Below, in pieces: positions 8,945-20,118 of a stretch of DNA of 64,000 bases. Both the position numbers and the translations under genes were made by a program. This stretch comes from Candidatus Acidiferrales bacterium. GTDB taxonomy: Bacteria > Acidobacteriota > Terriglobia > Acidiferrales > UBA7541. Under the pieces are notes generated by a model. It was not told where the DNA came from. It did no database searches and was given only the letters and a program-made list of their open reading frames with translations. Position 1 is the stretch's first letter, and each line of letters opens with the position of its first letter. The stretch lies in NCBI GenBank assembly GCA_963780785.1, contig CAWADS010000046.1:21543-85542 (forward strand), given 5' to 3'.

Positions 8945-10617
8945 ATGAAACCAAGTCGATTGCGAAATAACGTCTGGCGAACTCTTGGCTCCGCGGCGTG
9001 CTTGGGTCTTCTGCTTCTCGGCCCGGCTCGCGTCTTGCGCAAGACTCTTCCTCAAGTACAAAGCCGACTGCGTCTCAATCCCCGCAGGAAATGGATCAAG
9101 CCTGGCAGAAGGCCAGCGCCAAATACGATGCCGCGCGTAAAGCTCTGCTGACCAGCGTAGACCGGACCGCGAACGCCGGCCCTTATCGTCCCGATTGGGA
9201 ATCACTTCGCCACTACGAAACTCCGGACTGGTACAAGGACGCCAAGTTTGGCATCTTCATTCACTGGGGCGTCTATTCGGTCCCGGCTTTTGGCAACGAA
9301 TGGTATCCGCGCAATATGTATCAGGAAGGCTCCGACGAATACAAACACCACATCGCCACCTATGGCCCTCCCTCGAAGTTTGGTTACAAAGACTTCATTC
9401 CGCGTTTCAAGGCCGAGCATTTCGATCCCGTCCAGTGGGCTGAGCTCTTTAAGGCCTCAGGCGCCAGGTACGTCGTTCCAGTCTTTGAACACCACGATGG
9501 TTTCGCCATGTACGACAGCGGCCTCTCCGATTGGACCGCCGTAAAAATGGGCCCGCACCGCGACCTCTATAGCGAACTCGCAAAAGCCCTGCGTGAACGG
9601 GGCCTCCGCTTGGGCGCTTCCTCCCACCGCATCGAACACAATTTCTTCCTCGAGGGCGGCCGGAAGATCGATTCGGACGTGAATGATCCCAGGTACCTCG
9701 CATTCTACGGTCCCGCGCACACCTGGTTGGACGGAAAGAAGACCCTGCTCCAGGATTGGACCTATCTGAGCAACGAATACCTCGATGATTGGCTCGCGCG
9801 CGATGCGGAAATTGTGGAGAAGTACGAGCCGGACATTATGTACTTCGATTGGTGGATCGGGCAGCCCAATGCCCGCAGGCATGTTGCGAAGTTCGCCGCT
9901 TTCTACTACAACCACGCCGCAAGTCAGGGCAAAGTGCCCGTCATCAATTACAAGGACAGCGCCATCGAGGAACACTCCGCCGTCCTGGATATTGAACGCG
10001 GCCAGCTATCGGGCATTCGCCCGCTTTATTGGCAGACGGACACCTCCATCAGCAACAAATCCTGGGGCTACATCGAGAACGACAATTTCAAATCAGCCGA
10101 AACAGTGGTTCACCAGCTCGTTGACATCGTCAGCAAGAATGGCAATCTCCTCGTCAACGTTGGCCCGCGTTCAGACGGCACTATCCCCGAGGAAGTCCAA
10201 ACGATCCTCCGCGACATCGGTTCCTGGCTCAAGGTCAACGGAGAAGCCATCTATGGCACTCGTGCCTGGACCAAGTTCGGCGAAGGCCCCACGGCAATCG
10301 TCGAGGGCGCTTTTCACGATACAGACACGAAATCTTTCACCGCTCAGGATTTCCGCTTCACCACGAAGGGCAATTCTCTGTACGCCATCGAATTGGCTTG
10401 GCCCGACTCCGGCGAAGCCGTCATTCACTCTCTGAACGAGGCCGCGCTCTCCGGCCAAAACATTGTTTCTATCTCTCTCTTGGGTCAGGGATCTCCGCTG
10501 ACGTACCAACTCAAGCCTGACGGCTTGCACATTCAGTTGCCGCCGCAGAAAGCAGGTAACTACGCCTACTCGTTCAAAATCGAATTCCAGAAGCCGCCCG
10601 TCGTGCGCGTCCCCTAG
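8945..10617 (+). CDS. Secreted GH29 alpha-L-fucosidase (frameshift near 9045)
   Basis: GAGGAGG RBS and signal peptide in the upstream frame; WYKDAKFGIFIHWGVYSVP, EHHDGF, MYFDWW, VSKNGNLLVNVGP, NGEAIYGTR. Confidence 0.92.
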
Positions 10618-10691
10618 GACCGATGAAAGCAAGAATGCCCAACTCGTTCAACCGGCTCCGCAGGTCGGGAAGATTGATTTTTTGAACGAAG

Positions 10692-10718
10692 TGCGTTACA
10701 GTAAACGACCTGTATCGG
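10692..10718 (+). promoter_or_regulatory. Putative LacI-family operator (copy 3)
   Basis: TGCGTTACAGTAAACG identical to 2795-2810; downstream CTGTATCGG also matches 5724-5732. Confidence 0.6.
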
Positions 10719-10734
10719 TATCTGGAGGATCCAC

Positions 10735-11754
10735 ATGTCTCATGACGATCTCGTGCTTGTGACCGGCGCCGGTGGTTTTATCGGCGGCAATCTCGTTGCT
10801 TCCCTGCGGGCGCAGGGCTACAAGCGTATTCGCGCCGTTGACATCAAGCCCTTGCCTCATTGGTACCAGCGATTCGCGGACGTTGAGAATCTCTCTTTGG
10901 ATCTGAACGACAAGCAAAATTGCGAGACGTCGGCCAAGGGCGCCCGTGATATTTACAATCTGGCCGCCAACATGGGCGGCATGGGATTCATCGAGAAAAA
11001 CAAAGCCCTTTGTATGCTCTCGGTGCTGATCAACACGCACATGCTTCAAGCGGCCCTGAAGTATGGCGTGGCTCGCTACTTCTACTCATCGTCGGCCTGC
11101 GTCTACAACGGTGACAAGCAAACGAGCTTTGAAGCGCCCCCGCTGAAGGAAGCAGATGCCTATCCGGCGCTGGCCGAAGACGGCTACGGCTGGGAAAAGT
11201 TGTTTTCCGAGCGCATGTGCCGTCATTTCCGCGAGGACTTCGGCCTCTACACGCGAGTGGCGCGCTTCCACAATGTCTACGGCCCCTGGGGAACGTGGTT
11301 TGGTGGGCGAGAGAAAGCCCCGGCTGCCATCTGCCGGAAGGTCATTGAAGCCAAATTGACCAAAAAGCACGAAATCGAGATCTGGGGCACGGGAAACCAG
11401 ACGCGCAGCTTCATGTACATCGATGATTGTTTAGTGGGCATCCAGAAGATCATGGATTCGGCAATTCTGGAACCCATCAACCTGGGTTCGAGTGAGGCCG
11501 TCAGCATCAACCGGTTGGCAGATCTTGTGGAAGGGATTGCCGGCATCCACTTGGAGCGCAAACACGACCTGAACGCACCGCTGGGCGTAAATGGACGCAA
11601 CAGCGACAACACCCTGATCAAGAAATACCTGAACTGGGAGCCCAGCATCCCTTTGCAGGCTGGCCTGGAAAAGACCTACGCCTGGATTTACGACCAGTAT
11701 CTTGCTCGCGAAAAGGGTGCGGCGGGCGTCGTCCAGGAATTCACCAACACGTAA
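10735..11754 (+). CDS. GDP-mannose 3,5-epimerase-like extended SDR
   Basis: GAGGFIG, LAANMGGMGFI, SSSACVY, YGWEK and RFHNVYGPWGTWFGGREKAPAAICRK closely follow the plant GME signature, including the catalytic Cys and Lys. Confidence 0.88.
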   Translation: MSHDDLVLVTGAGGFIGGNLVASLRAQGYKRIRAVDIKPLPHWYQRFADVENLSLDLNDKQNCETSAKGARDIYNLAANMGGMGFIEKNKALCMLSVLINTHMLQAALKYGVARYFYSSSACVYNGDKQTSFEAPPLKEADAYPALAEDGYGWEKLFSERMCRHFREDFGLYTRVARFHNVYGPWGTWFGGREKAPAAICRKVIEAKLTKKHEIEIWGTGNQTRSFMYIDDCLVGIQKIMDSAILEPINLGSSEAVSINRLADLVEGIAGIHLERKHDLNAPLGVNGRNSDNTLIKKYLNWEPSIPLQAGLEKTYAWIYDQYLAREKGAAGVVQEFTNT

Positions 11755-11774
11755 TCCCGATCTCGGACCAGAGC

Positions 11775-13459
11775 GTGACGTTCATGCCGAACATGACGGG
11801 AAAGTGGGACTATCTGATCGTTACGGCCGCGAATGATCAGCAAGCCAAAGCTTACGACCATCAGATTCAGCGGCGTCAGGAAGCCGGCGAAATTCCCCAG
11901 GTTCGCCATTGTCTTGTAATTCCCGATATCGATGGCAAGCGCATTGGAAGCGGGGGAAGCACACTCCATTCGCTGGCCTGCGTCTTGCATCGCGAGCGGC
12001 CCGGCGTTGGTCCAGCCAGTTTCGAGGAAGCCGAGGCGATTCTGAGTGGTCTCCGTATTCTGATTGTCCATGCCGGTGGCGACTCCCGCCGACTTCCGGC
12101 GTACTCCCATTGCGGCAAGATGTTCGTTCCTATCCCGGCGAAGGGCCAACCCTCGGTTGCTTCCACACTCTTTGACCGGCTGGTGCCGGCATTTCTCAAG
12201 CTTCCGGAAGCATCTCGGGGGCAAGTGGTGGTTGCCTCCGGCGACGCTCTGATTCTGTTCGACGTTTCAGCCGTGGAGCTTGCTCGCCCAGGGATCACGG
12301 CGCTGGGTTCCTTTGCTTCCTCGAAAGAAGCAGCCCATCACGGTGTTTTTTGCACCGGCAAAGATGGCTCGGTAAGGCGCTATTTGCAGAAGCCGTCGCC
12401 TGACGCGCAACTCGCTGCCGGGGCGGTCAACGCGCAGGGTGAATCCGTACTTGATCTTGGCGTGATGAGTTTTGACGCCGGCGCGGCTGTTCAGTTGATG
12501 CGTGCCTTTTTTGTAAAAGGTTCTCCGGAACATGGCGAGCCTGCTTTGGATTGGAAAACCGAGGTGCGTGCGGCAGCTTTATTCCCACGGTATCGACCTG
12601 TACCGGGAGATTTGTTGTGCGCTTGGGACAGAAACGACTTTCGAGCAGTATGCAGACAACCTGCGAGCAAGCGGCTCAACCGTTGATCGCCGGCTCCTCG
12701 CGGAGTGGTTCAGTTCTCCTGCGGCAAATCCCCCTACATCTGGAGATTCTTCCGCGATGCAAGTTCCTCCATTTCGGCACCACTCGCGAGTTGATTGCCA
12801 GCGGAATGGCTCTGCTTGCAGAGGACTCAGGCGAACCTGCGCCGACCTCCTTGATCCTTAATAGCGATATTCAATCCGAAATAACCGCGGATCACGCGTG
12901 GCTTGAAGGTTGTTCTGTTCGCGGCACCTTGACCCTCGAAGGCTTCAATGCCATCGTCGGTGTCGACGTCGTTGAACCCCTCAGCCTCCCCAAGGGTGCC
13001 TGCTTGGATATTTCTGCTGGTATCAGCCGCAAAGACCAAAATGTTTGGTTCCTCCGCTATTACGGCATCGATGATACGTTTAAACATGCAGCCGAAGACG
13101 GAGACACATTTTGCGGCCAGCCTCTTCAGAATTGGCTGGCCACAATCGGTGCGGCCGCTTCCGATATCTGGCCGTTCGAGGCGCCGCAGGGCGAGCGGAC
13201 CCTGTGGAATGCTCGCGTGTTTCCGGCGTTGCGGCAGCACCAGGAATTCCGTGACTGGTTGTGGCTTTTGAATAGCAAGTCCGCAACCCCGGAACAAAAG
13301 AAGCGCTTCCTGGCCGCGGAGCGGTACAGTTCTTCTGAAATCGCGGGCCGGGTTGACCAAACCGAGTTTCAACTGCGGCGTTCGCGGATTCGATCGGCCC
13401 GGAGGTTGCAAGATGATCGCGGACACTCTCAGGCCCAGACTCGCGTGGTCGATGGTTGA
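11775..13459 (+). CDS. L-fucose-1-phosphate guanylyltransferase-like protein (Fkp N-terminal domain; frameshifts near 12580 and 12715)
   Basis: WDYLIVTA, KRIGSGGST, VHAGGDSRRLPAYSHCGK, HGVF, YLQKPS, FLHFGT, GIDDTFK, TLWNARVFP. Confidence 0.8.
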
Positions 13460-13507
13460 CAATAGTTGAAATGAACGCTGTTGCATGCTCTTGCAGGGAT
13501 GGTGACT

Positions 13508-13897
13508 ATGCTGAAAAATGGAATCCTCAATCCCGCCATTAATTCGTTGTTGAGCCGCGTCCGCCACACCAACACGCTGGTGATCGCGGACCGAGGTTTC
13601 CCCTTCTGGCCGCAAATCGAGACTGTCGATATTTCCCTCGTCGATGATCTTCCACGCGTTTTGGACGTTTTGCAGGCAATTCAAGCGAATTTCGTAATTG
13701 GGAAAATCGTGATGGCCGAAGAATTCCGCCGTGTCAACGATGTGCAGACGGTGCACAGCTTCGAGCAGTGTTTTGGCCAAATTCCGGTGACGTTTGAGCC
13801 GCACGTGCAATTCAAACAGCGCGTTCCCTTGGCCATCGGCTTAATCCGGACCGGGGACACCGTGCAATACGCAAACATGATTCTGGAGTCGGCGTGA
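13508..13897 (+). CDS. RbsD/FucU family mutarotase
   Basis: MLKNGILNP, RHTNTLVIADRGFP, IRTGDTVQYANMIL. Confidence 0.88.
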   Translation: MLKNGILNPAINSLLSRVRHTNTLVIADRGFPFWPQIETVDISLVDDLPRVLDVLQAIQANFVIGKIVMAEEFRRVNDVQTVHSFEQCFGQIPVTFEPHVQFKQRVPLAIGLIRTGDTVQYANMILESA

Positions 13898-13971
13898 TTC
13901 TGCGGTTTGCAGATGAACGGGAATCAGGATGCCCCTGTGAAGTCATTTAACTTAACAACTGAGCGCCAAAG

Positions 13972-14805
13972 ATGACCGACCCCATCGGAAGGATCCCCTA
14001 TCGCATGGCGCTGGCTGGTGGCTGGATTGACCAGCCCTTCGTATCCAGGCTCAACCCTGACCCGCCGGGTTCCATGGTGGTCGTCGGACTGAAGCCCACT
14101 TTCCGCTTCATGGACCGTGCCGGGATGGCGACCAGCACGCGAAGAATCGCCGAAGAGCTTTGGCATGGGGCCTTGCCAGACAAAGACCCAATGGCGTTGG
14201 TGCGGGAACTCTATGAGACGGAAAACACCGGGAAGGCAAACCCGTCCGGTTCCCAGGACATGGCCGGTCTGATACTGCCCGGCATTAACAGGCTTGACTA
14301 CGATTATGAGTTCGCCGGCGGGTTGTTTCCCGCGCACGTCGAATCCTGCAACGATCCTGAAGTTGGAGGCTGGCTGGAAGAAGTGATTCATCTTCTGCCG
14401 ATCGCACAGCGTCCCGATGGCTATAGCCCCCTTGACGTGCAACATTTGAGCGCCGACTGGGTGCGTCGCCTGGGGGAATCCGGCAAGGCCTGCTTCGCTG
14501 CAATCCTGGCTAAAGATACTGCAAAGCTGGGTGCCTCCCTGAACGAAAGCATGAGGTGCTGGGAGGCGCTTCTTCCGCACACCGTCGCTCATCCGCTCAT
14601 CACGGTAGACTTGCTTGGCTTGCTGGCTTATTACCAGGAACGCTACGCGGGCGCCATGTATTCGGGCTGTGGCGGCGGGTACCTCTACGTAGTCTCCGAA
14701 GAACCGGTGCCTGGTGCGATCAAGACGAAACTCAGGCTCGCAGCGAAGCACGAGCGGAATGGAAAGGCCGACGGCACTGCCCTAGGGTCCGCACGGACGC
14801 ACTAA
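13972..14805 (+). CDS. GHMP-family sugar kinase (resembles Fkp C-terminal kinase)
   Basis: PYRMALAGGWIDQP, GMATST, SGSQD, SGCGGG. Confidence 0.75.
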   Translation: MTDPIGRIPYRMALAGGWIDQPFVSRLNPDPPGSMVVVGLKPTFRFMDRAGMATSTRRIAEELWHGALPDKDPMALVRELYETENTGKANPSGSQDMAGLILPGINRLDYDYEFAGGLFPAHVESCNDPEVGGWLEEVIHLLPIAQRPDGYSPLDVQHLSADWVRRLGESGKACFAAILAKDTAKLGASLNESMRCWEALLPHTVAHPLITVDLLGLLAYYQERYAGAMYSGCGGGYLYVVSEEPVPGAIKTKLRLAAKHERNGKADGTALGSARTH

Positions 14806-14934
14806 TTTCACGGTTTCAACTGCTTGCCTGCTCCTCCGTTCCAATTCCGGCGTATTCTATGAATTACCGGCCAATTTGATTAAGGCTCCAGGCGTATCCG
14901 GAACGCCTTTGCGGGAATCCCAACAGGTGACGCC

Positions 14935-16432
14935 ATGAGCAAATTCCCCACCTCACGTCGTGAATTCTTAAAGCTGGCTGGTGTTGCGGGCGCCGGGTTG
15001 CTCCGGCCAGGCAGTGCACTCCTGGGGCACGCAATCGTTGAAGGTGCGGAGTCGCAAGCTCCAGAGCGGCCGGCTGATTACACTCTCCGCATCGCCAACA
15101 CTCCCATCGAACTGGCGCCCAACCGCATCGTGTCTGCAATTACCTACAACGGTCAATTCCCCGGCCCCTTGCTGCGTTTCAAGGAAGGGCAGCAGGCGGT
15201 GGTGGATATTTACAACGACACGGATGCCCCGGAGCAACTGCATTGGCACGGTCAGTTCCTCCCAACCGACGTAGATGGCTCGGCGGAAGAAGGCACGCCC
15301 TTCATTCCGGCGCATGGCAAACGTCGCATTGCGTTCACGCCGCGGCCCGCGGGTTTCCGTTTCTATCACACGCACAATCGCGCAGGAGCCGATCTTCACG
15401 CGGGGCAGTATAGCGGCCAAGTTGGACCGGTTTACATTGAGCCCAAGCGCGAGCCGGGGAATTACGACCGCGAGGTCTTCCTCGTCCTCAAGGAATTTGA
15501 GCCGTCGTTCAGTCAGGGCGGCGACATGGCCATGGATTTCCTCGCTCCCGCCACAAAGGTGAAGGAGCTGGAAACTTCCGGCGAGTCCGCGATGAAAGCG
15601 TCGCTCGCAAAAGGCATGCCGCATGGCTATGAAGTCGGCTACCGGTTTTTCACCATCAATGGACGAATGTCAGGCCACGGCGACCCGATTCGCGTGAAAC
15701 ACGGCGAGCGTGTGCTCTTCCACGTTCTGAATGGCAGCGCCACGGAAATTCGTAGCCTCGCGCTGCCCGGACACACCTTTCGGGTCGTGGCGCTCGACGG
15801 CAACCCGGCACCCACGCCTGCCGATGTTCCCGTTCTTTGGCTCGGGACTGCGGAGAGAGTCTCCGCCGTCGTCGAGATGAATCATCCGGGCGTGTGGGTG
15901 ATGGGTGATCTTGCGGACGATGACCGCGCTCACGGCATGGGCATTGTGGTCGAATACGCTGGACACAAGGGCAAACCGATATGGACGCCACCGAAGCCGT
16001 TTCATTGGAACTATGCGCGTTTCGCGAAGCAGAATGCTGCCGCCTCTGAACCGGATGAACTGATTGAAATGACCTTTGCCAAACAAAACGCCGCGGCGCA
16101 CGGCTTCAACCTGTGGTCCATTAACGACCAGGTGTTTTCCGAAGAGATGATGACCGCCGCCTATCATCTCCGACTTGGCCGGCGCTACCGCATCCGTATG
16201 CGCAACGCCAGCGACGATATTCATCCCATCCATCTTCATCGTCACTCCTTCGAACTCACCAAAATTGCAGGGAAACCCCTCGGCGGGGATAATGAAGGAT
16301 GTCGTGATGGTCGGCGGATACCAGGAAGTGGAAATCAGCTTCACGGCGGATAATCCCGGACTTACGCTTTTTCATTGCCACCAGCAACTCCATATGGACT
16401 TTGGATTCATGACCCTGTTCGACTACCTCTGA
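14935..16432 (+). CDS. Tat-exported multicopper oxidase (frameshift near 16285)
   Basis: SRREFLK Tat signal; HWHG, YHTH, HPIHLH, and HCHQQLH in the downstream frame. Confidence 0.9.
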
Positions 16433-16524
16433 GCAGGGGCGCGAGAAAAGAGACTTGGTGACTCTGCCGGGGGAATCCCTCTGCAACTTCGGATTTCAAG
16501 CTAAGATGTCAGTGGATTGCTACC

Positions 16525-17265
16525 TTGAAAACTCTCATTCAATCGCTTCTGCGGCCATTTGGGTTGCGCCTGAGCCGTCTGCGGAATGAACGCGGACCGG
16601 ATTATGGCGCAAGTGTGCTCTTTTCCACTTTGCAGCGCTTCGGTTTCTCCCCTCGACTCGTGCTCGACATTGGCGCCAACCACGGCAATTGGACGCGTAC
16701 GGCCCTCAAATACTTTCCCGAGGCTCAGTACGTGCTCATCGAGCCGCAGGACCAACTCAAGGTTTGCGTCCAGGATCTAATCGAGTCAGGGTGCAAGATT
16801 CGCTGGGTTAACGCAGGTGTGGCAGACCAGCCCGGGATCCTGCCTTTTTTTATTTCGGATCGCGATGACAGCAGCAGTTTTCTTTCCCGGGACGCTCAAT
16901 CGCAGGCCAGGGTAGCTTCGGAGACGATGGTAGCCGTCGAAACCCTGGACACCCTTCTTTCCAAATATCATCTCCCTGTCCCAGACATGGTCAAGATTGA
17001 CGCTGAAGGTTTCGATCTGAAGGCGATGCAGGGCGCTTCCAGTCTGATCGGCAAGACCGACGTGTTTCTCCTGGAAGCCGGTGTACTTTGCCCGTTTGAG
17101 AATTCCGTCACCCGCGTGGTCGGCGCGATGGCCGACTTCGGTTATCGCCTCGTGGATATTACCGAGCTGAACCGCAGCCCAAAGCACGGAGTCCTCTGGC
17201 TGACGGAGTTGGCATTTCTGCGCTCTTCAAGCCCTCTCCTCGCTTCCGTCACCTCTTACGAATAG
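16525..17265 (+). CDS. FkbM-family methyltransferase
   Basis: VLDIGANHG, IEP, ETLD, KIDAEGFD. Confidence 0.85.
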   Translation: MKTLIQSLLRPFGLRLSRLRNERGPDYGASVLFSTLQRFGFSPRLVLDIGANHGNWTRTALKYFPEAQYVLIEPQDQLKVCVQDLIESGCKIRWVNAGVADQPGILPFFISDRDDSSSFLSRDAQSQARVASETMVAVETLDTLLSKYHLPVPDMVKIDAEGFDLKAMQGASSLIGKTDVFLLEAGVLCPFENSVTRVVGAMADFGYRLVDITELNRSPKHGVLWLTELAFLRSSSPLLASVTSYE

Positions 17266-17417
17266 GCCCAGCCCGGCAAGAGCGTTCTCACTAGAAGCCG
17301 AGTTCTTTCGCGGCTTCCTTGCCTTGGGGGTGCGTCGATTCCTAATGGAATTTTGGAGGAGTTGCAATTGCAGAAGTGTTCTGAAGCTCGATCTCTTTCA
17401 GCGCAGCCGTTGCAGCC

Positions 17418-17780
17418 TCAATGCGTCTGGCCGTCCTCGCCCGAATGCGGCAGCGCCCGCGTGTCAAAATCGATGCCCCAGAAGTGCGGCGCCGGCGTCA
17501 GGAATTCCACTCCCACCCGTTGGCCGCGCTCTCCGCTTCCTCCCAGGAACACAATCCGGCATTCCTGCTCCTCCTGGGTCAGCGGGTTGACCAGCACCAG
17601 AATCTCGTTGCTGTTTACCTCGTGCTGCAGCATCAGCAGTGCCCCGTGGGCGTTCACTACCAGCGTCTCGCAGATTTCGCGAAACTTCCGCCCGTCCTGG
17701 CTACGGCCCTGGGCCTGCACCTTCACCTTGTGGAAGACGCGCAGGCTGCGCCGCGACGTCGTATAGAGCGCTTCGTTCAT
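17418..17780 (-). CDS. Small PilZ-like protein
   Basis: SRRSLRV...NAHGAL...GVEF..PAPHFW; paralog of 24193-24594. Confidence 0.7.
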   Translation of the reverse strand: MNEALYTTSRRSLRVFHKVKVQAQGRSQDGRKFREICETLVVNAHGALLMLQHEVNSNEILVLVNPLTQEEQECRIVFLGGSGERGQRVGVEFLTPAPHFWGIDFDTRALPHSGEDGQTH

Positions 17781-18014
17781 GCGCCCATCATGGGGTCCGC
17801 CCAGGGTCTCGTCAATTGCCCTTCCGGACGGGTGTTTCTCAAGTGCCAATTCGCTTCCTGGGGACTGGCTTGTACCCCGTTCCTGCAAGCTTTAGAATAA
17901 AACTAGCGGCTCCGGCCTCTTGTCTCGAACCTCACTTGCATCCCGCTGCCGCGCTTTTCTTGGAAATTCTTAAGGAATTATCTTGGCAAGCGAATTTTTG
18001 TGCCCGGGGGATTT

Positions 18015-19380
18015 ATGAGCCTTACTGAATTTATCGAAGGTCACCGCGACCAGCATCTCGCGGAACTCCTGGAATTCCTGCGCATTCCTTCCATTAGCGC
18101 CAAATCCGAAAACAAGCCCGATATCGAACGCGCCGCTCGCTGGGTTGCCGATCACCTGCGTGCTGCTGGCTTCAAAACCGTCGAAATCGTGCCCACCAAT
18201 CTTCATCCGCTGGTTTACGCAGAATCCCTTGAAGCTCCCGGAAAGCCCACTGTCCTTTTCTACGGCCATTATGACGTGCAGCCCCCCGAGCCCCTCGATC
18301 TTTGGACCTCGCCCGCCTTCGAGCCCCAATCGCGCGATGGCTATCTCTATGGCCGTGGCACCGCCGACGACAAGGGCCAGGTACACATCCACCTGAAGGC
18401 CCTTGAATCCCTTCATCAACTGAACGGAAGATTCCCCGTAAACATCAAGGTGCTCATCGAGGGCGAAGAGGAGGTTGGCAGTGTCAGCCTTTGGGATTAC
18501 GTCCAGAATCACAAGGAAAAGCTGAAGGCCGACGCGCTCCTTGTTTCCGATACCGCCATGCTCGGCAAGGGCGCGCCTTCCATCACTTACGGTCTCCGGG
18601 GCCTCAACTACTATCAGGTCGAGCTCACCGGTCCGGTCCGCGATCTGCACTCCGGTGTCTATGGCGGCGCGGTCCCCAACCCGCTGACCGTTCTCGCCGA
18701 ACTCTTCGCCAAGCTCCACGACAAAAACTTCCGCGTCACCGTTCCCGGCTTCTACGACGACGTCGCCAAGGTTTCCGCTGCGGAGCGCAAAGCCCTGAAC
18801 AAATTGCCCTGGAAGGCGAAGGATTTCGAGCGCGCCGTGGGGGCGCCCGCTTACGTCCGGCGAAAAGGGCTTCACCTCCGTCGAGCGCTTGTGGATTCGC
18901 CCAACGCTCGAATTGAATGGCATCTGGGGTGGCTACCAGGGTGAAGGCGCCAAGACCGTCATCCCCTCGAAAGCTTACGCCAAGTTTTCCACGCGGCTCG
19001 TTCCCAACCAGGATCCCAAGAAAATCGCCAAGCTCGTCGAGGCCCACGTTCGCAAGCTCTTGCCCAAGACCGTGCACTGCAAATTCGAGCTCCTGAGCTC
19101 CGGCAAGCCTTGGGTTGCCGCCTATCGCGCGCCGATTTTCCAGGTGGCCCAGGAGGCCCTGCAAAAGGGCTTCGGCAAGAAGGCCGTGTTCATCCGCGAG
19201 GGCGGTTCCATCCCTTTCGTCACGCAGATGCACGACACCTTTTAAGTTCCCTGTGTGCTGATTGGTTTCGGCTTGCCCGATGAAAACGCCCACGCGCCAG
19301 ACGAACACATCCTTCTGGAGAACTACTTCGGCGGCATCAAGGCCATTGCCTACTTCTACGAGGGCCTGGCGTCCTTGTAG
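18015..19380 (+). CDS. M20 family dipeptidase (frameshift near 18858, in-frame TAA at 19243)
   Basis: YGHYDVQP, GRGTADDKG, EGEEE, DLHSG, REGGSIP; ENAHAPDEH continues in frame after the stop. Confidence 0.88.
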
Positions 19381-19398
19381 GCAGTTCCGGCCGCTGTC

Positions 19399-20118
19399 TC
19401 ACAGAGTCGAGAGCTGTTCGCGGCGTCCCTTCGCATAGTCGCGCAACGCCACGTTTGCGCTCTCGATCGTCTTCAGCGCCTCCGCGACCTTCGCTATATC
19501 TTTTCCCCGCAGCACCACGTACAGCTCATCCTCACCCAGCTCCGTATACACGCGGTTTCCGATACATCCCAAACTGGTCATCGCCCCGTGCTGTATCGCA
19601 GCCGGCAGCGCCATGCACGTCGGCCGGCCCAGTGCGGGCGTGCCGCTGCCCACTCCTGCGCGGTTCGCGGCCTCTTGCAGCAGCATCGCCCCCGCTGGCT
19701 CGCACGCAAATAGCACCACATCCGGGGTCGCCGTAGCCTCTCCCAAAGGTGAATAGATCACCGCCTTGGGCCCTTTCGCTAGCCGTGGGATTTGCGGTAT
19801 TTCTTCCGGCCGCACATATCCCAGCTCAAACATCATTTTCAGCGTCTGCTCCGTCTCTTTCTCGCGCTCCGGCGAAAGCGGGATGTTGTGGGTATAGGCG
19901 CCCACTGCGCAGTTAAAGTGATTCTCTGGAACGGTATAGAAGGTGCTCCCCTCCGCCGCCAGACGCCAGAAACTGCAACCCGAAGGTTCCGAGCCTTTGA
20001 ACCTCTTGATCCCCGCGGGCTCCGCGTCCAGATAGGTGACCGCCACGGGCCGCCGCCCCAGTTTCGCGACCGCCGCGATTTCGCGTTCCACTTCCTGCCA
20101 CCTTGGACTATCGCTCAT
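19399..20118 (-). CDS. DUF169 family protein
   Basis: PVAV, GCSFW, CAVGA, PDVVLF, PTC, SLGCIGNR. Confidence 0.75.
   Translation of the reverse strand: MSDSPRWQEVEREIAAVAKLGRRPVAVTYLDAEPAGIKRFKGSEPSGCSFWRLAAEGSTFYTVPENHFNCAVGAYTHNIPLSPEREKETEQTLKMMFELGYVRPEEIPQIPRLAKGPKAVIYSPLGEATATPDVVLFACEPAGAMLLQEAANRAGVGSGTPALGRPTCMALPAAIQHGAMTSLGCIGNRVYTELGEDELYVVLRGKDIAKVAEALKTIESANVALRDYAKGRREQLSTL

Noticed and set aside
19243-19245. In-frame TAA in the M20 peptidase as stop-codon recoding
   Set aside because: Single case in a TTTTAA context (likely AAA). TAA is used as a normal stop throughout the window.
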